Below, piece after piece: positions 10,394 to 18,858 of a stretch of DNA of 64,000 bases (position 1 is the first letter of the stretch; every line of letters starts with the position of its first letter). This stretch comes from a bacterium (GTDB lineage Bacteria; Patescibacteriota; Saccharimonadia; Saccharimonadales; AWTP1-31): contig JAUHZB010000003.1 in assembly GCA_030426125.1 (NCBI GenBank), forward strand, positions 3,872 through 67,871. Direction: 5' to 3'. Below the pieces are notes generated by a model. That model worked only from the letters and a program-made list of their open reading frames with translations, did no database searches and was not told the DNA's origin. The translations under genes and the position numbers were made by a program.

Positions 10394-11249
10394 GTTCCCC
10401 CCGGATCTTTCCCTTCAAGGTTCTAAGTTCGTGCAAGGCTTTAACTGCTTGCTTATGATCGGGGACGCCAACACCAGGTGCACCACCATGCCAATGATAG
10501 TCATATTCCATGAAATCAACACCTTTACCGGGAACGGTATGGGCGATTATTAATGTTGGTTTCTCGACTATTGCCCGACCCATAGCACAGGCATCGATTA
10601 TTTGCTCCATGTTATTTCCATCAATATCAATGACGTGCCAACCGAAAGCATCCCATTTCGCGCTAAGGTCCTCTAGTGGCATAACTTTTTCCGTCGGGCC
10701 ATCGATTTGAATGTTGTTTCGATCAATTATAGCAATGATGTTATTTAGGTTATATTTAGCAGCTAGCATGGCAGCCTCCCAAACATTTCCTTCGTTCAGC
10801 TCACCATCACCCATAACCACATAAACCCAACGATGAAGCTGTTGATTCATTCGCATCGCTAACGCCATACCAGCAGCCTGGCTTAGACCACAGCCTAGAG
10901 GTCCAGAGGTTGTTTCTAGCCCAGGCAACTTAATTCGTTCTGGATGGCCCTGCAAACGACTACCGAATTGGCGCAAGGTCATTAATTCTTTAACGTCAAA
11001 ATAGCCAGATCGAGCCATCGAAGCATACTGCACTGGCACACAGTGTCCATTACTTAGCAGTAATAGATCTCTTTCATCCCAATCTGGTTTATTAGGATCA
11101 TGTTTTAAGATGTCGAAATACAGAGCGGTAAAAATATCTGCTAGACCCATTGGTCCGGCTGAATGACCGGATTTGGCGTGCTCTAACATCTTAATGATGT
11201 CTTGGCGTATTTGAGTTGCTTGTTGTTCTAGTTCTGTTATAGTCATCAA
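10386..11249 (-). CDS. Transketolase, N-terminal (TPP-binding) subunit
   Basis: 287 aa. SGHSAGPMG, GHPE, TPP motif GDGELNEGNVWEA. Confidence 0.9.
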   Translation of the reverse strand: MMTITELEQQATQIRQDIIKMLEHAKSGHSAGPMGLADIFTALYFDILKHDPNKPDWDERDLLLLSNGHCVPVQYASMARSGYFDVKELMTLRQFGSRLQGHPERIKLPGLETTSGPLGCGLSQAAGMALAMRMNQQLHRWVYVVMGDGELNEGNVWEAAMLAAKYNLNNIIAIIDRNNIQIDGPTEKVMPLEDLSAKWDAFGWHVIDIDGNNMEQIIDACAMGRAIVEKPTLIIAHTVPGKGVDFMEYDYHWHGGAPGVGVPDHKQAVKALHELRTLKGKIRGEHE

Positions 11250-11881
11250 TACTTTTCCGCTATTGCTTTTAGTTTATCATAGGCTGCTCTTGGGTTCTCG
11301 CTATTATGTATAGCACCACCGACATTTAATACATCGATTCCTCCGAGGCATAGTTTGCTGGCATTGGCGCTATTAATTCCGCCGTCCCAACCGACCTCAA
11401 TGCCAGGTTTTTGTTTTCGGATTACCCGCACTTTGTTCAGTAAGTCTAGTTGTGCTGTACCGCCAAAATGGCCTAGGTCGCCACTAAAAATCAAAACGTG
11501 ATCGATTATATCCATAGCTGGAAGGATTTTATCTACTGAAGTATCAGCAAGTAAAGCTACGCCTACCTTTATCTCGTAGTGATTAAGTAGATTAGCGATA
11601 TCGTTAAAACGGCCGGAGCTTTCAGCATGGACGATAACCATATTGGGTTTTAATGCGCCAAGTTGTTTAACAAAAGGTTCAACAGCCTGATACATTAAAT
11701 GAATATCGGCAGTCAGTCCGGCTGGCCACCAGACATCTTTAATCTCGGTTAACTTGTTAGGTGTAAATACACCATCAGCTAAATCGATGTGAATTCTATC
11801 GGCAAAATTAGCTACTTCTTGGAGCTGCTTATTATAGCCTTCCATTGTTTCACTGGTTATTGTTGGGCAAACAACGGCCAT
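11246..11881 (-). CDS. rpe: Ribulose-phosphate 3-epimerase-like protein
   Basis: 211 aa. IHIDLADGVFTPN, DIHLMY, VGWDGGI. Embedded in the pentose-phosphate gene run. Confidence 0.7.
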   Translation of the reverse strand: MAVVCPTITSETMEGYNKQLQEVANFADRIHIDLADGVFTPNKLTEIKDVWWPAGLTADIHLMYQAVEPFVKQLGALKPNMVIVHAESSGRFNDIANLLNHYEIKVGVALLADTSVDKILPAMDIIDHVLIFSGDLGHFGGTAQLDLLNKVRVIRKQKPGIEVGWDGGINSANASKLCLGGIDVLNVGGAIHNSENPRAAYDKLKAIAEKY

Positions 11882-12666
11882 TATTTAACCTCCTTCTTGT
11901 ATTCAGCTACCGCTTGATTAATTTGCTGATCACTGAGCTGGGCATATATCTTCGGTGCGCTGGCGCTAAAGTTAGCACTCAGTGGGCATTGTTCGGCTTT
12001 TGCGGTGCGCTTAGTGCTGTATATCTTTTTTCCACTCCGGGCGGTGATAAAGTTAACCTCATAATCTACGTTATATAGGTACAGACTGCGCTGTTTAGTG
12101 CTATCTTTATCCTTAAAATTACATCTAGTATCAGTGTCGTAGGTCTTTAATACATCCACGCAGACCACTATCTGGGCGTTTAGATAATTATTACTATCAA
12201 TTTGCGGCGAAGTTCCTGTTATTACTGTGTCCTTATGGAAATATTGACCTGGTTCGGTTGACTCGACAAACACTGCGAAAGGACCGTTACTGGGATTAGA
12301 GCCACTGGGGCTGTTGGTTATAGGGACGTAGGAGCAAGCCATCGATAGATCGTCTAGACTGCTGGACGTTATCGGCTGTCCATCATTGACTGACCTACTA
12401 GAAGAACTGCCTGTACTCTGATTAGATGTTGAGCGAATGATCCAAATACTAGCTACCACCAATACTATGATTAGCACTATGAATACTAATAATGGCTTTA
12501 TCCACCAAGCTTTTTTGCTGGGCATGATCGATCTTTTGCTAGATTTACTTGGTTTATTATCACCTAATCCGGACTTGTGCTGATCTATCGGGTTTTGCGG
12601 TTGATACTGGATATCGACAGCTGGAAGTTTTACCGGTTCTGAGTGGTCTTGCTGATCATGCTTCAT
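11881..12666 (-). CDS. Hypothetical single-pass membrane protein with Cys-containing extracytoplasmic domain
   Basis: 261 aa. Pro/Gln-rich N-terminus, TM segment WWIKPLLVFIVLIIVLVVASIWII, Ser-rich linker, 4 Cys in the C-terminal domain. TAATG coupling to rpe. Confidence 0.55.
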   Translation of the reverse strand: MKHDQQDHSEPVKLPAVDIQYQPQNPIDQHKSGLGDNKPSKSSKRSIMPSKKAWWIKPLLVFIVLIIVLVVASIWIIRSTSNQSTGSSSSRSVNDGQPITSSSLDDLSMACSYVPITNSPSGSNPSNGPFAVFVESTEPGQYFHKDTVITGTSPQIDSNNYLNAQIVVCVDVLKTYDTDTRCNFKDKDSTKQRSLYLYNVDYEVNFITARSGKKIYSTKRTAKAEQCPLSANFSASAPKIYAQLSDQQINQAVAEYKKEVK

Positions 12667-12709
12667 AATTTAATGTTACCTAAATTTATATATAAACGAT
12701 AGCTTGCAT

Positions 12710-13153
12710 CTAAGTCAGATTGTCCATCTGAGCTATACGGCGCTTAAATCTAGGTGCATCAGCAAAGTCGGTATTTAAAAAAGTCTCTATAATCGTATTG
12801 GCTTTTTGGCTATCTAGGGTATTGGCTGGCAGGCAAAGAACATTACAATCGTCATCATTACGGGCTGAACGAGCTGACTCATTATCGTAACCCATGCAAG
12901 CTCTGATTCCCTTAAAGCGATTAGCAGTCATACACATACCCTGACCACTGCCACATATCAGGATACCTCTAGACTGCTCGTCAGATATAAGTATATCTTT
13001 GGCTAATCTAGCAGCGAAGACCGGGAAATCATCATTGGGATCTAATTTTTCATCGCCATCATCAACTACGTCATAACCAGCTAGCTTTAGATAACGCTTA
13101 ATCTCAGCTTTTAGCTCATATCCCTGATGATCGGCGCCAATAAAAACCTTCAT
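12710..13153 (-). CDS. rpiB: Ribose-5-phosphate isomerase B
   Basis: The track ORF extends to 13201. The family-typical N-terminus MKVFIGADHQGYELK begins at Met17 (13153), which removes the overlap with gap. Active-site region ICGSGQGM. Confidence 0.88.
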   Translation of the reverse strand: MKVFIGADHQGYELKAEIKRYLKLAGYDVVDDGDEKLDPNDDFPVFAARLAKDILISDEQSRGILICGSGQGMCMTANRFKGIRACMGYDNESARSARNDDDCNVLCLPANTLDSQKANTIIETFLNTDFADAPRFKRRIAQMDNLT

Positions 13154-13154
13154 C

Positions 13155-14174
13155 TTATTTCTTGCTATGAAGCATACGGCCAGCGTCTGCGGTAACTTCA
13201 ACTAGACGGTTACTATAGCCCCATTCATTATCGTACCAAGCAACAACTTTAAGCATATTATCACCAATAACGGCAGTTAAGCTAAGATCGACTATTGCCG
13301 AATGGCTATTACCAATAAAGTCACTGCTAACTAGCTGATCCTCTGTTACGTCTAAAATTCCTTGGTAATAGGGTTGTTTAGCAGCTTCTTTGAAGACTTG
13401 ATTTACCTTTTCTACTGTGACTGGTTTTTTGGTTATGATAACAAAATCACTTAGGCTAACTACTGGGGTTGGTACCCTTACGCTCATACCACCAAAGACT
13501 CCTTTTAAGCTGGGCATGGCTAGAGCTGCCGCTTTAGAAGCTCCGGTCGTGGTTGGTACGATATTCTCAGCCGCATTGCGAGCAGTCCTTAGATCTTTTG
13601 ACGGTGCATCTTGTAGTCGCTGACTGGCAGTATAACTATGTACTGTAGTCATCATTGCTTTATCGATACCAAAATGGTTTTCAATAACTGACGATACAGG
13701 TGTAATGCAGTTGGTAGTACAAGAGGCATTACTGAGAATGTCATCAGCTTTCTCGATATCATCCTCATTAACACCTAGAACTATAGTTGTTGCCCCTTCT
13801 CCTTTAGCAGGTCCGGATAGAATTACCTTTTTAGCTCCAGCATCGATATGTGCTTTGGCTTTGGCTGGATCAACAAATAGGCCAGTAGATTCGATCACAA
13901 TATCGACGTTTAGGTCTTTCCAGGGCAAATTAGCTGGATCTTTCTCTGACAGCACCTTAATGGCTTTTTTGTTTACTACAATACTATCGTCATTAAAGTC
14001 GACCTTGTTTTCGTAGGTGCCATAATTACTGTCGTATTTAAGCAAATGGGCTAGTGTTTTGGTATCTGTGAGATCATTAATGGCAACTATTTCTAGATCG
14101 GCTCTCTCAAAAGCAACCTTAAATGCATTACGACCGATTCTACCAAATCCATTGATTGCTATCCGTGTTTTCAT
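13155..14174 (-). CDS. gap: Glyceraldehyde-3-phosphate dehydrogenase (type I)
   Basis: 339 aa. INGFGRIGR, catalytic SNASCTTNC, WYDNEWGYS. Confidence 0.95.
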   Translation of the reverse strand: MKTRIAINGFGRIGRNAFKVAFERADLEIVAINDLTDTKTLAHLLKYDSNYGTYENKVDFNDDSIVVNKKAIKVLSEKDPANLPWKDLNVDIVIESTGLFVDPAKAKAHIDAGAKKVILSGPAKGEGATTIVLGVNEDDIEKADDILSNASCTTNCITPVSSVIENHFGIDKAMMTTVHSYTASQRLQDAPSKDLRTARNAAENIVPTTTGASKAAALAMPSLKGVFGGMSVRVPTPVVSLSDFVIITKKPVTVEKVNQVFKEAAKQPYYQGILDVTEDQLVSSDFIGNSHSAIVDLSLTAVIGDNMLKVVAWYDNEWGYSNRLVEVTADAGRMLHSKK

Positions 14175-14257
14175 TGCCTCACCCTGTTCTTTTAGCTATA
14201 TTGATGCTTTAAGCATAACCGATTAATATTAGTCCTGCAAGATTTCGCTTAGGCTAC

Positions 14258-14791
14258 TTACTTTTCAGTTTGCCAGCGTTTCTGACACTCTACAATTGTT
14301 GCTTTGGCCGAGTCTATATCACCCCAACCCTGTACATTCGTGGAACCTGGCTTTTTGAGGTCTTTGTAGTGCGTAAAGTGGTGTTCTATTTGTTTGATGT
14401 ATTGCTTTGGTAGATCATCCAAGCTCTTAACTGCGTTGCCGGTCTCACGGTCATCACTAGGTACAGCTACTACTTTATGATCCATCTCACCATCGTCTTC
14501 GAAGTTCATAATACCAATAATCGTAGCTTCAACTACTACACCGGTAGGGATAGACTGATTGCAGATTAGCAGAACATCTAGTTCATCACCGTCTTCGTCT
14601 AAAGTCTGAGGAATAAAACCGTAGTTGCATGGTTTTTGGAAAATTACTGGTTCGACGCGGTCAAGCTCAAAAACCTTTTTGTGGCGATTCCATTCTACTT
14701 TTAGGTTACTGCCAGTTGGAATTTCAACAACTACGTTTATTTGAGCTTTATTGATCTCTCCTGAATCTAAAATCTTATTAAAATCGGTCAC
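14258..14791 (-). CDS. ppa: Inorganic pyrophosphatase (family I)
   Basis: 177 aa. NYGFIPQTLDEDGDELDVL, DHKVVAVP. Confidence 0.9.
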   Translation of the reverse strand: MTDFNKILDSGEINKAQINVVVEIPTGSNLKVEWNRHKKVFELDRVEPVIFQKPCNYGFIPQTLDEDGDELDVLLICNQSIPTGVVVEATIIGIMNFEDDGEMDHKVVAVPSDDRETGNAVKSLDDLPKQYIKQIEHHFTHYKDLKKPGSTNVQGWGDIDSAKATIVECQKRWQTEK

Positions 14792-14972
14792 TATATTACT
14801 CCTTGCTTAGTATTATCTATATTTATCTCTGCCTATTTATAGCAGACTTTTTCTTAACCCGCTTAGGTGCTGATTACTATTATAGATGAAGTCAGTTAAT
14901 GATTGAAGTAATTTATATTCTAATCATTATTACTAGCAGACAAGCAGGGCTTTTTTTCATATACTGTTATGT

Positions 14973-15650
14973 ATGAAAATAATTGGTCACCGCGGTGCGG
15001 CTGGCATAACTGCTGAAAATACTATCGCCGGAATTCTAGCAGCCAAGAAAGCTGGAGTTGATGCTATTGAATTTGATGTAAGGTTGACCAAGGACCGGGT
15101 ACCGGTTCTGTGTCACGATAGCGATTTGCAGCGCACCCATGGAATTGATTCAAAATTATCTAGCTTAAGCTGGAAAGAAATTTCCAAATTGGTAAGTCTA
15201 TCAGGCCATAAAATTCCTACCCTTAAAGAAGCCCTCAAGGCTTGTGGCAACCATAATGTTGTCATTGAGGTAAAGGGTAACAATTGGTCTGATGCCTTGC
15301 TTGACGAGCTTAAAGACCACCCTAACAAGTCTAAATTCTCGGTTATTGCTTTTAACCATCATCAATTACATGCCTTCAATCAGCAAGGGACCGGAATTCC
15401 TGTTTATGTACTAGAGCAACGCAATTCTTTTGATGCTATAAACGCCGCCCGGGTATATAACTTCGATGGAATAGACATTAACTTCTGGACGCTTAATCCA
15501 CTAACCTACTATTTAGCTAAACGACATCATTTAAAAGTTATCGTCTATACTGTAGACCGACCCTGGATCGCTAGATTACTCAAGATTCTATACCCTAATG
15601 TCGATATCACTACCAATATTCCACACAAAATGCAGCACTTGAGAGATTAA
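14973..15650 (+). CDS. Glycerophosphodiester phosphodiesterase family protein
   Basis: 225 aa. IIGHRGAAGITAENT, IEFDVRLTKD. -10-like TATACT sits 7 nt upstream of the ATG. Confidence 0.8.
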   Translation: MKIIGHRGAAGITAENTIAGILAAKKAGVDAIEFDVRLTKDRVPVLCHDSDLQRTHGIDSKLSSLSWKEISKLVSLSGHKIPTLKEALKACGNHNVVIEVKGNNWSDALLDELKDHPNKSKFSVIAFNHHQLHAFNQQGTGIPVYVLEQRNSFDAINAARVYNFDGIDINFWTLNPLTYYLAKRHHLKVIVYTVDRPWIARLLKILYPNVDITTNIPHKMQHLRD

Positions 15651-15657
15651 ACATAAG

Positions 15658-16350
15658 ATAACCCGGACAGTCAGAGAGGAAACTATCAAAGCTAAACTAA
15701 CATCCAAAGAAGAAATCGCAGCAAATATCTGGACATTTAGCTTTCAGCCGGAAAGTAGTTTTCGGTTTACTGCTGGCCAGTTCATTGAGTTAAGCATTAG
15801 TCATCAAAAACCAGATGAAAGAGGCAACAAAAGGTGGTTTACTATCTCCTCTAGCCCTAGTGAAGATATTATTGACATCACAACCCGGGTGTCGCGAAAT
15901 AAGTCTAGTAGCTTTAAGCAAAGACTACTTGACCTTAAAATCGGCGAACAAGTAGATATCAGTTCAGCTATGGGTGATTTCGTATTACCAAAAGATCCCA
16001 CCTTGCCGCTTGTTTTTATTGCCGTAGGGGTTGGTTTTACGCCATTTGCCAGCATTATATCTGATCTTATACACCGAGATGAACGAAGAGCGATTCAATT
16101 ACTCCGCTTTGAGCGTGAAAGCAAGCTGGCTCCATTCAAACAGCTATGTGATACATATTCCTTCGAAAGCTATACTATTATCGGCGGAACTGCCTCCATC
16201 CAAGAAGTACAAAAGCGAGTTGATATCGGTCCAAACACTAGAATATTTATAGCCGGACCGGAAAAGATTGTTGAAAGACTTAGTAAAGACTTAATATCCA
16301 ATGGATTAGACGACAGCCAAGTAGTGACTGACTTTTTCCATGGTTACTAA
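15658..16350 (+). CDS. Ferredoxin-NADP reductase-like oxidoreductase (FAD/NAD(P)-binding); start codon uncertain and non-canonical
   Basis: The track gives only 15889..16350 (GTG). The same frame is open from 15643 and encodes the FAD-binding barrel (IWTFSFQPESSFRFTAGQFIELS...RWFTISSSP) upstream of the GTG. There is no ATG/GTG/TTG between 15643 and 15889. ATA at 15658 or ATT at 15646 are the only near-cognate options. Confidence 0.6.
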   Translation: MTRTVREETIKAKLTSKEEIAANIWTFSFQPESSFRFTAGQFIELSISHQKPDERGNKRWFTISSSPSEDIIDITTRVSRNKSSSFKQRLLDLKIGEQVDISSAMGDFVLPKDPTLPLVFIAVGVGFTPFASIISDLIHRDERRAIQLLRFERESKLAPFKQLCDTYSFESYTIIGGTASIQEVQKRVDIGPNTRIFIAGPEKIVERLSKDLISNGLDDSQVVTDFFHGY

Positions 16351-16391
16351 GAGCTCCATCTAGTAACTAGATTATTATATGCTTGTGCGTC

Positions 16392-17369
16392 TTAAGAATC
16401 TTTTTTAGCTAATTCGTCTAGGTATTCACGAATTTTCAGAGCCGCTGTTGCCCCTTCGCCGCTAGCGCTAGCAATTTGCATGGTTGCTCCGCTACGAACA
16501 TCACCAGCCGCAAATACTCCCGGAACCGATGTACATAGATCTTTATCTGTAGTAATAAAACCAAATTTGTCTAGCTCTATCGGACTATCTTTAAGGAATT
16601 GGGTATTGGGCAGTAATCCGACGAAGACAAACACACCGTCAGTAATAAATTTAGTAGACTTTTTAGTTTTGGTGTTGGTTCCTAGTACATACTTGACCAT
16701 ATTATCTTCACCAACTATTTCATCAGTAGTGGTGTTCATATGAACTGTAATCTTATCGCTATATTTCTTTAATTCTTTCTGCAAGATATCGCTAGCTCGG
16801 AACTTATCTCCGCGAACCAACAGGTCAATATGCGAAGCAAATTTAGTTAAAAAGATAGCTTCTTGCAAAGCCGAGTTTCCACCACCAACAACAACTAACT
16901 TCTTATCTCTATAAAATGCTCCGTCACAAGTTGCACAGTAGTGCACACCACGCGCAAAGTACTCTTTCTCGCCAGGTACACCGATCTTCTTGTAATCGGT
17001 TCCGGTTGCTAATAGGACTGTTTTTGCTTTGAACTTTCCACTAGTGGTCTCTAGGTTGATCAAACCGTCTTTACGAGAGATCTCAGAAACCTCACCTAGC
17101 TCAATAACAGCACCGAAGCGTTCAGCCTGCAGTCGCAAATTTTCGGATAAGTCTAGTCCAGATAAACCTTTCGGAAAGCCTGGGTAGTTATCTATCCAGT
17201 CAGTGATTGCTGCCAGCCCACCGATAACCCCGCGTTCAAACATTAATGTCTTAATGTCTTCGCGAGTAGTATAAATAGCGGCACTCAATGCAGCAGGACC
17301 GGTACCAATCATAATAGTATCCCAAACTTTATAACTTGAAGCTGTTACTAGCTGACTTTTTTCTGTCAT
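16392..17369 (-). CDS. trxB: Thioredoxin-disulfide reductase
   Basis: 325 aa. GTGPAALSAAIY, redox centre CATCDG, GGGNSALQEA. Confidence 0.92.
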   Translation of the reverse strand: MTEKSQLVTASSYKVWDTIMIGTGPAALSAAIYTTREDIKTLMFERGVIGGLAAITDWIDNYPGFPKGLSGLDLSENLRLQAERFGAVIELGEVSEISRKDGLINLETTSGKFKAKTVLLATGTDYKKIGVPGEKEYFARGVHYCATCDGAFYRDKKLVVVGGGNSALQEAIFLTKFASHIDLLVRGDKFRASDILQKELKKYSDKITVHMNTTTDEIVGEDNMVKYVLGTNTKTKKSTKFITDGVFVFVGLLPNTQFLKDSPIELDKFGFITTDKDLCTSVPGVFAAGDVRSGATMQIASASGEGATAALKIREYLDELAKKDS

Positions 17370-17375
17370 AGTAGT

Positions 17376-17624
17376 TTAGGCTACCAAAGGCGCTAATTTA
17401 GATAGGTTATAACCGACAACCACGCCTTTAGAGCCATCATCTTTAGTTACAACTGTTACTGGCACTGTTAGACCACCGCTGATCTTAAAAGCCTCTTGCT
17501 GGCGGTCTGGATTTTCGTCAATGTTTACTTCACTATAGTCATGTCCCTTGGTCTTTAGGTAGCGTTTTACCATTGGGCAGTATGCACAAGTGTTAGTAGT
17601 AAATATTGTTATGTTTTTAGCCAT
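17376..17624 (-). CDS. Glutaredoxin/NrdH-like small thiol-disulfide protein
   Basis: 82 aa. CxxC motif TNTCAYCPMVKRYL. Immediately upstream of trxB. Confidence 0.75.
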   Translation of the reverse strand: MAKNITIFTTNTCAYCPMVKRYLKTKGHDYSEVNIDENPDRQQEAFKISGGLTVPVTVVTKDDGSKGVVVGYNLSKLAPLVA

Positions 17625-17716
17625 TGTTATCCCCTCTTTTTATTGTTAAGCTTTAGGTCTTTAATTATATAGTGCTTAAGGTTAATGTCAATCCGCTATA
17701 TATTGTGTTTTTTACG

Positions 17717-18271
17717 TTATTCGCCTATTTTAACTAATTCGATGTCAAACACCAGATCAGCATTAGCTGGGATGCCTGATCCGGCCGGAGGTGTAGCACC
17801 ATAAGCTTGTTCAGCTGGAATTAGTAGTCTTCTAGTGCCACCAACCTTCATGCCGGGCACACCTTCAGTCCAGCCCTGAATTACACCATCTAAACTAAAC
17901 GGAATTGGTTGTCCGCCGTCTAGCGAGCTCTGGAAGATAACCCCTGTGCTTGCTACCGCACCGGTGTAGTGCGCAGTAACCGTGTCACCTGGCTTAACAG
18001 TGTCACCATCGCCAACTTTAGTATCAATTTTTTGCAATTCATCTACACTAGCTAGCGGTTCAAAGTTTTCTAGTTTAGTGTCTTCCAATGAGTCCTCCTT
18101 ACTGGACTGGTCATCACCAGTCTGATTATTTAAATTGTCTGCCACTGATTGATCCTTCTGGTTTTGCTGGGTTATTTGCCAAATAACCAACCCACTAAAC
18201 CCTACTGATGTAATTAAAAACAATACAGCTATAGTGATAGCGGCCACTCTTTGAGTCATATTGCTAGCCAT
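17717..18271 (-). CDS. FKBP-type peptidyl-prolyl isomerase, membrane-anchored
   Basis: 184 aa. N-terminal TM, FKBP core VIQGWTEGVPGMKVGGTRRLLIPAEQAYG...DLVFDIELV. Confidence 0.85.
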   Translation of the reverse strand: MASNMTQRVAAITIAVLFLITSVGFSGLVIWQITQQNQKDQSVADNLNNQTGDDQSSKEDSLEDTKLENFEPLASVDELQKIDTKVGDGDTVKPGDTVTAHYTGAVASTGVIFQSSLDGGQPIPFSLDGVIQGWTEGVPGMKVGGTRRLLIPAEQAYGATPPAGSGIPANADLVFDIELVKIGE

Positions 18272-18381
18272 TAATTCCCCTCTCCTGTCTCATAAAAATT
18301 TCTTGTCTGCTTAAAATAGTATAGCAAACTTAGAGACCGTTTTTCATAATAATTGTAGTTATATAAACTATTAAATTACGA

Positions 18382-18834
18382 TCATTCAACACTAGAGTTA
18401 AAGTAACCAACTGTACTCGGAAAACCATTATTGAGGTGTTTAATAAGTCGTTTTTTTAGTTTAGTAGTTCTAAACTCCAGACTCGGCAGCTTAGATAGTG
18501 GTACCCACATCGGAGTGTACAGATTCTGACCAGCTTTATTTATCTGAGCTTCATCAGAGCTAGGATGAAGCATTGGGCTACCAGAGATATACTTGCAGCT
18601 ATATATGTACTGTGTGCCGTAAGGCTCGCTAGTATTTTCGACGTATACCAATTTGTGGTCACTGGTACGAATCATTGTCTCTTCATGTATTTCGCGAATT
18701 AAGGCTTTTTCTTTTGACTCACCAATCTCCACATGGCCACCTATCAGCGTATAATACTGTTTACCAAACTTATCTCTTTTCATTAGTAGTATGTTGTCGT
18801 TGTCTACGATGATAGCTCTTACTGCTTTTTTCAT
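18382..18834 (-). CDS. Nudix hydrolase
   Basis: 150 aa. Nudix box GGHVEIGESKEKALIREIHEETM. Confidence 0.8.
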   Translation of the reverse strand: MKKAVRAIIVDNDNILLMKRDKFGKQYYTLIGGHVEIGESKEKALIREIHEETMIRTSDHKLVYVENTSEPYGTQYIYSCKYISGSPMLHPSSDEAQINKAGQNLYTPMWVPLSKLPSLEFRTTKLKKRLIKHLNNGFPSTVGYFNSSVE

Positions 18835-18858
18835 AACTCTCCTCTTATATAGGTTGGA

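Noticed and set aside
13154-13201. Longer rpiB ORF overlapping gap by 47 nt
   Set aside because: The family-typical N-terminus MKVFIGADHQG starts at 13153. The extension would overlap the gap stop and adds hydrophobic junk.
14190-14215. Palindrome ATGCTTtAAGCAT upstream of gap
   Set aside because: It is a single 6-bp-arm palindrome in AT-rich DNA and could be chance. There is no second copy in the window to suggest an operator family.
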